The translations under genes and the position numbers were made by a program. Shown here in pieces: positions 20,186 through 29,732 of a DNA stretch of 64,000 bases (its first letter is position 1; each line of letters begins with the position of its first letter). The notes under the pieces were generated by a model. That model was not told the origin of the DNA, did no database searches, and was given only the letters and a program-made list of their open reading frames with translations. The stretch covers positions 1 to 64,000 of the forward strand of contig JBPCLO010000008.1 of assembly GCA_051003155.1 (NCBI GenBank). Reading direction: 5' to 3'. Source of the stretch: Fimbriimonadales bacterium. GTDB taxonomy: Bacteria; Armatimonadota; Fimbriimonadia; Fimbriimonadales; ATM1.

Positions 20186-22246
20186 ATGCGAGCCAAAACG
20201 CCAAAGACACAACCGGCCAAGAAGTCCAAAGCCAAGAAGGGGCCCGTCAAGCCCGAAGACCTGCTAAAGTTCCACCTCGTGGGCGACCCGCAGATATCGC
20301 CCGACGGAAAGGCGATTCTGTTCTCGAAGAAATACGTCGGCGAGAAGAACGAGTACGTGACCAATATCTGGATCGTGGACACGAGCGCCAGCGACGCTCG
20401 CCAGTTCACGGGCAGCGGCAAGGACGGCGGGGCGCGGTGGTCGCCTGACGGCTCGCGAATCGCCTTCACCAGCGGGCGAGAGAAGCCGAAGAGCCAGATT
20501 TTTACGATCGGCGTCGCGGGTGGAGAGGCTACCAAATTGACCGACTTTCCCGAGGGCTCGATCGGCCAATTCAAATGGTCGCCCGACGGCTCGATGATTG
20601 CGGTTTCCTTCCGCGAAGCGGAGAAAGAATGGACCGAGAAAGCCAAAAAGGAGCGCGAGGAAAAGGGGCTGAGCACGCCGCCGCGCGTGATCGAAGACAT
20701 GTATTACCGCCTCGACGGCGACGGCTACTTCAACTCCGCGAAGCACGAGCTGGTCGTCGTCGACGCCGTAACCGGCAAGTACCGCAAGGTCTACGGGAAG
20801 GACCCGACCGGCTGGTTCAGCTTCGACTGGTCGCCTGATTCCCAAGAGATCGCGATCGCCGCGAACCTCGAAGAGAACCACTATGAGAAGCCGTGGAAGG
20901 ACCGCCTATACCGGCTGAACGTCAAGTCTGCCAAGCTTGCGCGGGTACCCAACCAGGTGGACGGAACGAAAGGATCTGTGATCTGGTCACCGGACGGCAA
21001 ATACTTGGCCTACGCGGGTCGCGAGGGGAGACAGAGTCTTTGGGGTGCCTTAAACGATCACCTTTACTTGTGCGATCTTGGAACCGGGGTCTCGACGAGC
21101 CTAACCCATGGCGAGGACTTTTGCATTGCCGCAGCTACGCTTAGCGACACGCGGGAAGCCGCGTTCGGCGCGAACCTTCAGTGGAGCAAGGACAGTTCGC
21201 GAGTCTTCATGGGCTTCGGCTGGCACGGCGAGGGCCACATATGTTCGGTGTCGGTGGCCGGCGGCCCGATCCAGTTCCACACGAGGGGCCAGCGGGAATA
21301 CATGCTCGGCAACTTCGGCAAAGACGGCGCGAAGGTGGCCTTGTGCGCCGGTGACTCCGCCGAGCCGAACGAGGTGTATGTCGGCACGATGACCAAGAAG
21401 GGGCTGGAAACCCGCAAGCTGACCTCGTTCAACAAGAACCTCTTGGACGAACGCGAGATTGCCAAGCCGACGATGACGTGGATCAAGTCCGCGTCCGGCA
21501 CGGACGTCCAGGTTTGGGTGATGAAGCCCTCGTCGGCTAACGGAAAGATGGCCCCCGCGATTCTCGAAGTCCACGGCGGGCCGCACGCGCAGTACGGCGT
21601 TCCCTTTTTCCACGAGTTCCAGGTGCTTGCGGCGAGCGGTTACGTGGTGGTTTACAGCAACCCGCGCGGCAGCAAGGGCTACGGCGAGGAGCACTGCAAC
21701 AGCATCCATGGGTCATGGGGAGCGGCGGATTGGGAAGACGTCGAGGCTGTTACGGCATACATGAAGAAGCAGCCTTACATCGACAAGAAGAGGATGGCGA
21801 TTATGGGGGGCAGCTATGGCGGATACATGACGAACTGGGCGATCGGCCACACAGACGACTTCGCCGCGGCCATCACAGACCGGTGTGTATCGAACCTCGT
21901 CAGCATGTCGGGCAACAGCGACTTTGCACTCGTTCCCGATACCTATTGGAAGGGCAACCCGTGGAGCCAGCCTGAGACGCTTTGGGCTCAAAGCCCGATT
22001 CGGTACTTCGAGAACGTGAAGACGCCCACCCTGATCATCCACAGCGAAGGCGACCTTCGCTGCAATGTCGAGCAGGCCGAGCAGGTGTTCACTTCGCTGA
22101 AGCTGAGAGGCGTCCCGACGCGTTTTGTTCGCTATCCGCAAAGCACGAGCCACGGTATGAGCCGGAGCGGTCCTCCCGATCTTCGTATACACCGACTCCA
22201 CCAGATTCTAGACTGGTATAAAATCCATTTGAAGAACGGAAAGTAA
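20186..22246 (+). CDS. S9-family (acylaminoacyl/prolyl oligo) peptidase
   Basis: WSPDG beta-propeller repeats; HGGP, GGSYGG, D-L-R-C and His motifs. Confidence 0.93.
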   Translation: MRAKTPKTQPAKKSKAKKGPVKPEDLLKFHLVGDPQISPDGKAILFSKKYVGEKNEYVTNIWIVDTSASDARQFTGSGKDGGARWSPDGSRIAFTSGREKPKSQIFTIGVAGGEATKLTDFPEGSIGQFKWSPDGSMIAVSFREAEKEWTEKAKKEREEKGLSTPPRVIEDMYYRLDGDGYFNSAKHELVVVDAVTGKYRKVYGKDPTGWFSFDWSPDSQEIAIAANLEENHYEKPWKDRLYRLNVKSAKLARVPNQVDGTKGSVIWSPDGKYLAYAGREGRQSLWGALNDHLYLCDLGTGVSTSLTHGEDFCIAAATLSDTREAAFGANLQWSKDSSRVFMGFGWHGEGHICSVSVAGGPIQFHTRGQREYMLGNFGKDGAKVALCAGDSAEPNEVYVGTMTKKGLETRKLTSFNKNLLDEREIAKPTMTWIKSASGTDVQVWVMKPSSANGKMAPAILEVHGGPHAQYGVPFFHEFQVLAASGYVVVYSNPRGSKGYGEEHCNSIHGSWGAADWEDVEAVTAYMKKQPYIDKKRMAIMGGSYGGYMTNWAIGHTDDFAAAITDRCVSNLVSMSGNSDFALVPDTYWKGNPWSQPETLWAQSPIRYFENVKTPTLIIHSEGDLRCNVEQAEQVFTSLKLRGVPTRFVRYPQSTSHGMSRSGPPDLRIHRLHQILDWYKIHLKNGK

Positions 22247-22263
22247 TACGGGGCGAGAAGAGA

Positions 22264-22578
22264 ATGAGATTTAGAAGAATTTATTGGGTGACGGAGCAGT
22301 TCTTCAAGGACGGCACGAGCGAGGTCGCAGGGATATTCACGTCCGTCCACGACCTTGTCGAAACGGGAATCGCTCCATACAACGCCGGCGATTACAAGCA
22401 CGGCTTTCGGATTACGCTTTGCGAGCTGGACTGTGCCTGTCCCCCACTGTACAGTTTTAAGGCGCCTGATTTTGCGGGCGTAGAGAAAGAGCTGGAGCCG
22501 TTGGTCGAGAACGGCGAGCTGTCTCGCGAGGAGATCGCTCAGCTTTGTAAAGCCTTGGTCGGGGCGGCCTCCCCATAA
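22264..22578 (+). CDS. Hypothetical protein
   Basis: 104-aa ORF with an AG-rich RBS, co-oriented with the peptidase and ending at a hairpin. Confidence 0.7.
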   Translation: MRFRRIYWVTEQFFKDGTSEVAGIFTSVHDLVETGIAPYNAGDYKHGFRITLCELDCACPPLYSFKAPDFAGVEKELEPLVENGELSREEIAQLCKALVGAASP

Positions 22579-22606
22579 AGAGTTGCGGCAAGACCGCCGC
22601 AACTCT
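22579..22606. terminator. Hairpin between convergent genes
   Basis: agagttgcggc-aagacc-gccgcaactct, a perfect 11-bp stem. Confidence 0.65.
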
Positions 22607-22619
22607 CGTGTTCTCGTCC

Positions 22620-23681
22620 TTACTTTTTCGGCTTCGTTGCTTCGGTGGTTTGAGATGGCGCCGATTCGCCGAGCTCGGCCGTTCGCTGCTTGAGAGCGGT
22701 GACGAGCGTGTCCCAGTTCTTCTTGAGATGCGCACGGGTGATCTTCACGTCGGCAGCAAGAAGCTTATCCAGGAGGATCTTCTGCACGTCGATTGAACCC
22801 TTTGCGTCCTGCTGGGTCAGCGCCCGCCGAATCAGCTCGAGTTGCCCCGCGGAAGGCTTTGTTTGCTGGGCGGCGGTCTTGCCTTCCACCTTGATCTTCA
22901 CCCATTTGCCACGGAACTGGAACCAGCCGCTCGCTTCGCCCTCGCCAGTCTTCTTCACTTGGGAGAGGAGTTCGGGGCCGAGCTGGTCCGTCATCGGGAC
23001 CGGCCTCGGTGCCGTACTGCCCGGAACGGGGTTGAACGCGCCATTGTCGACCTTTGCGGACGGAACGGTGCTGAACTGCGTCGCTGCTGCGCCGAACGTG
23101 GCGTTGATCAGGGCCTTATCAACGGCCTGACGCTGGGAAGGGTTGTTCAAAACGATCCATCGGAGCGACGCGGTCTCGGGCTGTCGGAACCTTGCCGGGT
23201 TCTCTTTGACGAACTTTTCGGCGTCGGCGATGGTTTTCTCTTGCTGTCCCTTGACGGAAATCCTGTAAAGCGCAAGCTCCACCTGAAGCGACTCATTGAT
23301 GTCGTCTCCGGAGTAACCCAGAGCTCGCATCTGGTCGAAGAACTGAGAATTCAAGCCCGATCGCAGCGTCTTTTCTTTCTCGACGTCTTCTTTGCTGGGT
23401 AAGACTCCTTCGTCCTTTGCAGCTTGCAAAACAACCTGCCTTTCGATCAGCTTGCCCAGCGCTTGGCTTGAAAGGGGTTGCGCGGGCCGAGCATTCACCG
23501 TTTGCCCGTTCGGCAACACAACGGCGATCGAATCCATGGTCTCGAGCTGCTTTACATACTTGTTCTCGCTGATAGGCTTGTCGTTAAAATTTGCGATCGT
23601 TTCACCGCCGGCCTTCCCGCCGCAGCCGGTAAGCCCCGCAGCCGTGGTTGCGGCCAATACTAATAATCCAATTGATTTCAA
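22620..23681 (-). CDS. PrsA/SurA-like foldase lipoprotein
   Basis: Lipobox LTGC; SurA-N-like helical region and a degenerate parvulin segment (FGAAATQFS); RBS ggagg. Confidence 0.75.
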   Translation of the reverse strand: MKSIGLLVLAATTAAGLTGCGGKAGGETIANFNDKPISENKYVKQLETMDSIAVVLPNGQTVNARPAQPLSSQALGKLIERQVVLQAAKDEGVLPSKEDVEKEKTLRSGLNSQFFDQMRALGYSGDDINESLQVELALYRISVKGQQEKTIADAEKFVKENPARFRQPETASLRWIVLNNPSQRQAVDKALINATFGAAATQFSTVPSAKVDNGAFNPVPGSTAPRPVPMTDQLGPELLSQVKKTGEGEASGWFQFRGKWVKIKVEGKTAAQQTKPSAGQLELIRRALTQQDAKGSIDVQKILLDKLLAADVKITRAHLKKNWDTLVTALKQRTAELGESAPSQTTEATKPKK

Positions 23682-23799
23682 AACTTGCTAATACCTCCAG
23701 GTAATGGGCTATCGCCCGTGGAAGGATACCCGTCAAGGGAACCCCGAGCGTTAGCCAAACGAAAGAACAACGAATCGGCGCCGAAGGTGCCCGGCAGGT

Positions 23800-23922
23800 A
23801 AAAAACTGCCCCGGACACGGAGGGGGGAGAACCGTGCCGGGGCTGGGAGGAGGGAGGAGAGAGTCAAATGAAGGGTAAAAATCGTTCCCTGTCCCAGACC
23901 TATATGCTTTTGTAAACTGTAC
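23800..23922 (-). ncRNA. Candidate small RNA (copy 2): CU-rich tract plus terminator hairpin
   Basis: GGAAC-N18-GTT at 23958-23933; internal GGAACGATTTTTACC; ctctcctccctcctccc tract; gccccggcacgg/ccgtgtccggggc stem with a CU loop, then a T6 tract. Confidence 0.5.
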
Positions 23923-23977
23923 TGCTCAGTACAACACACAATTCGTTTTGCGAGTTCCCGGCTGGAGGAAAAACGTT

Positions 23978-24892
23978 TCAGGCCAAGCTGCTGCCCGGTG
24001 AAAGACGGCGCCCGTTGGCGAAAGCGTACGCTGAAATTGATTGCTTGCCCTCCAATTGTACCCGAAGAAAAACCAACGCTCCAGCACCGAAGGCGATGGC
24101 CACACCATTGTTGCCGGTCGCCAATACTTCGCCGGGCTCGCCGCTGCCTTGGGCATTGCGAGCTTCTAGTACCTTGACGACGCCGAAACGCGTTTTGATT
24201 CTTGAACCCGGCCTGGGGGTGCAGGCACGGAATCGCCGGTAGGCTTCCTCGGCGCTCATTTGAAACTTGAGCAACCCGTCGTCGCGATTCATTTTCGGCG
24301 CCAACGTGGCCCACACGTCGTTCTGGGGATTGCGCGGATAATCGCCCGAAACGATAGTGGGCAGCCACTTAGCTGCCATTCCTGCGGCAAGCGATGAGAG
24401 GCGAACCTCCAGTTCGCCCGTCGTCTCGTATGGACCTATCGGGAGCCTTTCGATCGCGATGATTTCTCCGGTGTCCATGCCTTTATCCATCTGCATAAGG
24501 GTTACGCCTGTTTCGGTTTCGCCATCGAGGATCACCCGATGAATTGGCGCCGCGCCGCGGTATCTTGGGAGAATCGACGCGTGGAGGTTAATACCGCCTC
24601 TCTTCGCCGATTGGAGCAAAGCCTCGGAAAGAATCTGCCCGTAGCTGGCTACAACGAGCGCATCGGGTTCCAGCGAACGAACATGCTCTACAAACTCGGG
24701 GCCTCGCGCGCTTTCTGGGGTTAAAACACGTATTCCGATCTCCTCCGCGGCAGCCTTAACCGGTGAGACGCGGAGCTTCTTACCTCTGCCCGAGGGCCCG
24801 TCGGGCTGAGAAACAACAAGAATGATGCTACCAATCAGCGCTCGCAAGACAGGGACGGCGAAGTTGCTCGTCCCGAAATAGACGAGCCGCAC
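23978..24892 (-). CDS. fmt: Methionyl-tRNA formyltransferase
   Basis: FGTSNFA, NLHASILPRYRGAAPI and MDTG motifs. Confidence 0.97.
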   Translation of the reverse strand: MRLVYFGTSNFAVPVLRALIGSIILVVSQPDGPSGRGKKLRVSPVKAAAEEIGIRVLTPESARGPEFVEHVRSLEPDALVVASYGQILSEALLQSAKRGGINLHASILPRYRGAAPIHRVILDGETETGVTLMQMDKGMDTGEIIAIERLPIGPYETTGELEVRLSSLAAGMAAKWLPTIVSGDYPRNPQNDVWATLAPKMNRDDGLLKFQMSAEEAYRRFRACTPRPGSRIKTRFGVVKVLEARNAQGSGEPGEVLATGNNGVAIAFGAGALVFLRVQLEGKQSISAYAFANGRRLSPGSSLA

Positions 24893-25422
24893 TAAGAGGC
24901 TACGGCCCCTGCGGGCCAGGCCCAGTGCAAGGTGCCGACGTCGACCCTGTCGACGAAAAGGACGCCGTCGAGGTGGTCGATTTCATGCTGGACAACCCGA
25001 GCGGCCAACCCTTCCAAGAATAGATTCACCGGCCGCCCCTCCGCATCGAGCGCCTCGACCTCGATAGCCGCGCTGCGGAGAACCTCGCCGTAAAGTCCGG
25101 GCAGGCTGAGGCAGCCTTCTTCGCCGATTTGCTCGCCTTCCGCCCGAAGTATCACGGGGTTAATGAGAGCCGTCAACTTTCTTCCGTCGATCGAAACGAT
25201 GATCACGCGCTCGGAATTACCGACCTGCGGCGCCGCCAGGCCGATGCCGTGCGCTTTCTTCGTGACCTCGACCATCTGCTCGATGAGCTGGCGAACTCGT
25301 TTGTTGACCCTGGCGACCGGCGCGGCGACCTCGCGCAACACGTCGGCCGGGTACTTCACCACAGGCTGTTCGTCGCTCATCCGCCAAAGCGGTTCGAATT
25401 CGGAAGGGATCACGATGTCCAT
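24892..25422 (-). CDS. def: Peptide deformylase
   Basis: GIGLAAPQ, EGCLS and QHEIDHLDG motifs. Confidence 0.97.
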   Translation of the reverse strand: MDIVIPSEFEPLWRMSDEQPVVKYPADVLREVAAPVARVNKRVRQLIEQMVEVTKKAHGIGLAAPQVGNSERVIIVSIDGRKLTALINPVILRAEGEQIGEEGCLSLPGLYGEVLRSAAIEVEALDAEGRPVNLFLEGLAARVVQHEIDHLDGVLFVDRVDVGTLHWAWPAGAVAS

Positions 25423-25474
25423 GCGCTCGGGGTTATTGTGCTTGCACGGCGGGCCCGTGGTCAAGTGCGACGGT

Positions 25475-27850
25475 TCATAGGAGCGACCCCGGGTTGACAT
25501 CGATCGTGATCAGCACGGACCGGTCAAACGCCATTTCAGCGGGAAGCCGCAGGTCCCGAAGTGCAAAATCGAGGGGAAGTTTCAAGAGTATGTGCCGCCG
25601 GTAACGCCCATTGAGCCTACCGATCGGGCACTCGGCGGGTCCGATTACCGCCAGCGTTTCGATTCCGGAGTAATGCCGAGCCAAGCGCCCGATTGCGACC
25701 TCGGAGTCGGCTTGGCTTTCCGATGTCGCCACTACGTTGACGAGCTTTGTGAACGGAGGATACGACGCCTCCTTGCGCTCGGCAATTTCGCTGCGATAGA
25801 AATCGTCGAAATCTTGCGCTGCTGCAAATGAAACCGCCGGATGCTCCGGCTGAAAGCTCTGGATCACCACTTTGCCCGGCTTGCGCCTGCCGGCCCGCCC
25901 GGAGACCTGGGTGAGCAGTTGGAACGTCCGCTCGGTCGAACGAAAATCGGGGACTCCCAAACCCGTATCCGCCGCAATCACGCCGACCAACGTAACACCC
26001 GGAAAATCCAATCCCTTTGCAATCATTTGCGTGCCGACGAGAATTTGTAGCTCGCCCTCGCGGAGCTGGTTCAGAACGTCCTCGACGACTCCTTTACGCC
26101 GAGCCACGTCGCGATCGAGCCTCGCGACCTTGGCTCCCGGAAACTCGGCCCTCACGACCTCTTCTACTTTCTCCGTCCCGAGGCCCAGCGGGCGAAGCCG
26201 TGTCGATTCGCAGACCGGGCAAGTATCGAGAGCGGGGATCGCGAGATTGCAGTGATGGCAGCGAAGGCGCCGCGCCAAACGGTGGAAGGTCAGCGCGACC
26301 GAACAGTTCGGACACCTAGGAGAGTGGCCGCAATCCCTGCAGACCAAGGAATGCGCATAAGCGCGGCGGTTGATAAACAAGATCGCTTGATGGCCATCGG
26401 CGAGCGTGCGGTCGAGCTCCGCGCGCAGCTGAGGCCCCAGAATCGACGGGCGGCCCTCCTTGAACACTTCGCGCAGGTCCGTCATCGTTACGTCGGGGAG
26501 ACGTAGAGCAGCGGCGCGGCGCTTGAGGGTCAGAAGCTCGAACTCTCCCTGTTCCGCCCGGTAGTAGGTTTCGACCGACGGCGTCGCCGAGCCCAAAACG
26601 AGCGTTGCCTCCGATTCTTTCGCTCGAAATTCGGCGAGGTCGCGCAGGTGGTATCTGGGCGTCTTGTCCTGTTTGTAGCTGCCTTCATGCTCTTCGTCGA
26701 CGACTATCAGGCCGATGTTCGTGAGCGGCGCGAAGATGGCGCTCCGCGCGCCGATGACGACGGGGGAATCGCCGGTTCTCGCCCGACGCCAGTGCGCTAG
26801 CCGTTCGCCCTCGGCGAGGCCGCTGTGCATGACCGCCACGCCGGGACCGAAGCGTTCCCGCAGCTGACCAACCACCTGGGCGGTGAGCGCGATCTCGGGC
26901 ACCAGGTAGAGGACGCGCTTGCCCTGTTCGAGGGCTTCGGCGACGGCCCGCAGGTACACCTCGGTCTTACCGCTGCCGGTCACGCCGAACAGCAGAAATC
27001 GCCGCGCCTGTCCCCCGCGGATCGATTCGACGATGGCGTCAGCCGCCGCGGCTTGCTCTTCGGTCAGCTTGACCGGCGGGGCTGGGTGAATCCCCGCCCT
27101 TGCGTTCGGTTCGACGAGCAGCCCCGCATCGGCCAATTTCGCGACTGTCGCGCTGGTGACCGATGCCAGCGACGCGATCTCGCCGGGGGAAAGCCCGCCG
27201 CTGGGGGCGTCCCGAAGCGACAAGAGGCATGCGGCCTGCGCGGGCTTCTTCTTCGATTCGTCTTCGAGGAAGCGCCCGATTTTCTCGTCGTAACCGAGCA
27301 CGAGAACCTTTGCGAAGCGCTTGCGTTCCGGCGCGAGCTCGACCGTCCTTTTCAGCGCGCCCTTGGTAACGAGCGCCTTGACGGCCGAGCGCGCGAGCGC
27401 CTTCGCGGCCCACAGCGAGCGCTCCCCGATCCACCCGCCCCGCTCCTTTATATATCGCAGAACTTCGGCCTGGGCGGAGGTCGTCTGGGCCGGCGCCCCG
27501 GTGATCGAGTAGGCGGCCGCGAGGCGCGAGCGGAGACCGGGCGGGATCGCTTGAGCGAGCGCGGCGGAGGGCGGAGCGAGGTACTCGTCCGCGATAAAAT
27601 CGAGCATGCGCATCAACTCCTCCGGCAGGCTGAGCCCGTCGATAACGGAGCTTATCTCGCGCAGTTTGAACGCGAATTCCTCCGCTCCGCCGTCTCGTGC
27701 CCCGAGGACATAGCCGACGACGACCCTCGGCCCGAACGGAACCAGCACCGCATCGCCCCGCCCGGCGTTCATGCCTCCCGGCACGGCATACGTGTACGAC
27801 TCGGCTATTCCGGAAGCGGGGATATCAGGAACAACCTCGGCGACGCGCAT
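25475..27850 (-). CDS. priA: Primosomal protein N'
   Basis: GVTGSGKTEVY, DEEH, four CxxC pairs and QVSGRAGR. Confidence 0.97.
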   Translation of the reverse strand: MRVAEVVPDIPASGIAESYTYAVPGGMNAGRGDAVLVPFGPRVVVGYVLGARDGGAEEFAFKLREISSVIDGLSLPEELMRMLDFIADEYLAPPSAALAQAIPPGLRSRLAAAYSITGAPAQTTSAQAEVLRYIKERGGWIGERSLWAAKALARSAVKALVTKGALKRTVELAPERKRFAKVLVLGYDEKIGRFLEDESKKKPAQAACLLSLRDAPSGGLSPGEIASLASVTSATVAKLADAGLLVEPNARAGIHPAPPVKLTEEQAAAADAIVESIRGGQARRFLLFGVTGSGKTEVYLRAVAEALEQGKRVLYLVPEIALTAQVVGQLRERFGPGVAVMHSGLAEGERLAHWRRARTGDSPVVIGARSAIFAPLTNIGLIVVDEEHEGSYKQDKTPRYHLRDLAEFRAKESEATLVLGSATPSVETYYRAEQGEFELLTLKRRAAALRLPDVTMTDLREVFKEGRPSILGPQLRAELDRTLADGHQAILFINRRAYAHSLVCRDCGHSPRCPNCSVALTFHRLARRLRCHHCNLAIPALDTCPVCESTRLRPLGLGTEKVEEVVRAEFPGAKVARLDRDVARRKGVVEDVLNQLREGELQILVGTQMIAKGLDFPGVTLVGVIAADTGLGVPDFRSTERTFQLLTQVSGRAGRRKPGKVVIQSFQPEHPAVSFAAAQDFDDFYRSEIAERKEASYPPFTKLVNVVATSESQADSEVAIGRLARHYSGIETLAVIGPAECPIGRLNGRYRRHILLKLPLDFALRDLRLPAEMAFDRSVLITIDVNPGSLL

Positions 27851-28807
27851 TGCGATGTCGATTGTAGCGCGGGGAGAGACTGCCGACTGTCGAATGCGCG
27901 GCGGGTGCCAAATGGGCCGGCGGCTTCGCCAGATGGCGCGGCGCCACCGCCAAATCGCGCAGCGGTTCCCGGCGAAGGTGGCCGGGGAGGTGCGGTTGGA
28001 CTTTGCTGCGAAAATCGCCGCACTATGCCTCCGAAGACTGGTGCCCCGGGCGACTCGCAGACCTATTTCCTTTTCGCGCAAACCTCGCCAACCGGGCCGC
28101 GGCGACGGGGTGGACGACGGGCTAACGGCGGGTCAGGTCACCCAGATCGCAGTGGGCTCGGACGTGGTCGAAGAGATCGTCAACCACTGGGCTGGACCGA
28201 GTAGCTCCTAACGCTGTCGGCCGCGCTCAACCCTCCGGTCCCGGCACCGGTTCTCCGCCTGCAATCGCTATGCCGGCTTGGCGCGCTGGCAGCCATCGAG
28301 GCCCGCACTCGGCAGTACGCGGGCATCCCCAAGGCCGTGCAGGAATACACGCGCGAGAAGGGTGAGCCTTACGGGATGTTCGCGCAGAAAGCGCCTCCGG
28401 CTGGAGTTCCGGACGTGGCTCCGACGGCGCTGGCCGCTTCCCAGACGCTCCTCGCCATCTCAGATGCCGGTTACGACGTTTTGGTGGTCGATCCCAAGCG
28501 CAGCGCGGGCGGCTGGAGCAAATCGGCGTTTCCCAGAGGGTTAAATACATCGGCGCGCGCCCGCCGCTGGTGGCCTGCCAGCCGGAGCTTTGGGAATACG
28601 GTTGCCTGGGGATGGAGGAAAACTCCCGCATCGGACCGTTGAGCGGTCGCGACTGCCGTGACGGTGGGTGTTTGGCTAGCTAGGCGTCGCCCTCCATGTC
28701 GGCATGTCCCCAAATCGGCTCTCTTCCAAATCTTAAACACAAGCGCCCCCGGCCCCAGGCCGAGGGCGCCGTCGACGATCCGCTTATCGGCGAATCGCTT
28801 TTGAAAG

Positions 28808-28942
28808 CTACTCGCCCTTGGGGGTCGTATCCGTGGGGGTCGTGGAATCGACCGGCGTATCCGTCGTCTCATCCTTATTGCACCCAGCGGCAAACACGCC
28901 CACCATGGCAATCGTCATCAAAATAGCAATCAATTTCTTCAT
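28808..28942 (-). CDS. Small (44 aa) lipoprotein, not in the ORF track
   Basis: MKKLIAILMTIAMVGVFAAG-CNKDETTDTPVDSTTPTDTTPKGE*; RBS ggagg; downstream GC hairpin at 28743-28769. Confidence 0.75.
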   Translation of the reverse strand: MKKLIAILMTIAMVGVFAAGCNKDETTDTPVDSTTPTDTTPKGE

Positions 28943-29108
28943 GTTTCTAAGACACCTCCGTACTACCGGATGAACCGGCTTGATTCGTCCGCCTCTTGTG
29001 GCGGCTCGAAATATATACCCCGGAATGCGCCAAAAAGGTGCGATTAGCCCAGGGAAATGGTGGGCAGGGCTGCCTGAGGGAGCGCCTCGGCCAGCGAAAC
29101 ACAGATGC

Positions 29109-29693
29109 TCACTTGTCGACCACCTTCATAGTAATCTCGTCGCCCCGCTCGATCTTGTCGGCCACGTCCATGCCTTGCGTGACGGTGCCGAAAGCGGCAT
29201 AGCCTCCCTGAAGGTGGTTCAATCTTTGCTTCAAGATGAAAATCTGCGAGTCACCGCCAACGCCGGGCCCGGTGCTTGCCATGGCGACCACTCCTCGGTC
29301 CATTGGTATATCGGTCAATTCGAACGATAGCTGGACTCCCGATCCCTTGGTGCCCACCTGCAGCTTTGTCCAGTCTTTCTCCTTCGATTGCGGGTCGCCC
29401 CATTGGACCACCGGGCCTTCGACGCGGTGCACTCTTTGACCGTTGTAAAAGCCTCCCTTTACGAGGGTGGCGATGCGCGAGGTGGTTTCTGGCGCCCTCT
29501 CGGCGCTCAGCTCCAGCACGATCTTGCCTTTGCCCTTCACGTCCATCTGCACTGTTACGGGGGGTTTGGCAGGTGGCGCCGGCTGTTCGGCTGCACCGTC
29601 GTCCTTCGGCTCTGTGGTCACCTCCTTAGCTTGACAACCCGCGAGCACGGCTCCGACGATCGCGAGCATAAATACAATAATCAGGTTCCTCAT
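29109..29693 (-). CDS. Cyclophilin-type peptidylprolyl isomerase lipoprotein
   Basis: Lipobox LAGC; GFYNGQRVHRV, VAMAS, SQIFI and HLQGGYAAFG motifs. Confidence 0.9.
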   Translation of the reverse strand: MRNLIIVFMLAIVGAVLAGCQAKEVTTEPKDDGAAEQPAPPAKPPVTVQMDVKGKGKIVLELSAERAPETTSRIATLVKGGFYNGQRVHRVEGPVVQWGDPQSKEKDWTKLQVGTKGSGVQLSFELTDIPMDRGVVAMASTGPGVGGDSQIFILKQRLNHLQGGYAAFGTVTQGMDVADKIERGDEITMKVVDK

Positions 29694-29732
29694 CAATTGT
29701 GGATGATACCTTGATGCCATACTCGCGGCAGC

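Noticed and set aside
26825..28204. 459-aa plus-strand ORF
   Set aside because: Antisense shadow of priA with no recognisable motifs.
27860..28700. Protein-like fragments (e.g. QEYTREKGEPYGMFAQK...YDVLVVDP)
   Set aside because: Possibly a decayed gene, but no family can be recognised and no consistent frame can be rebuilt.
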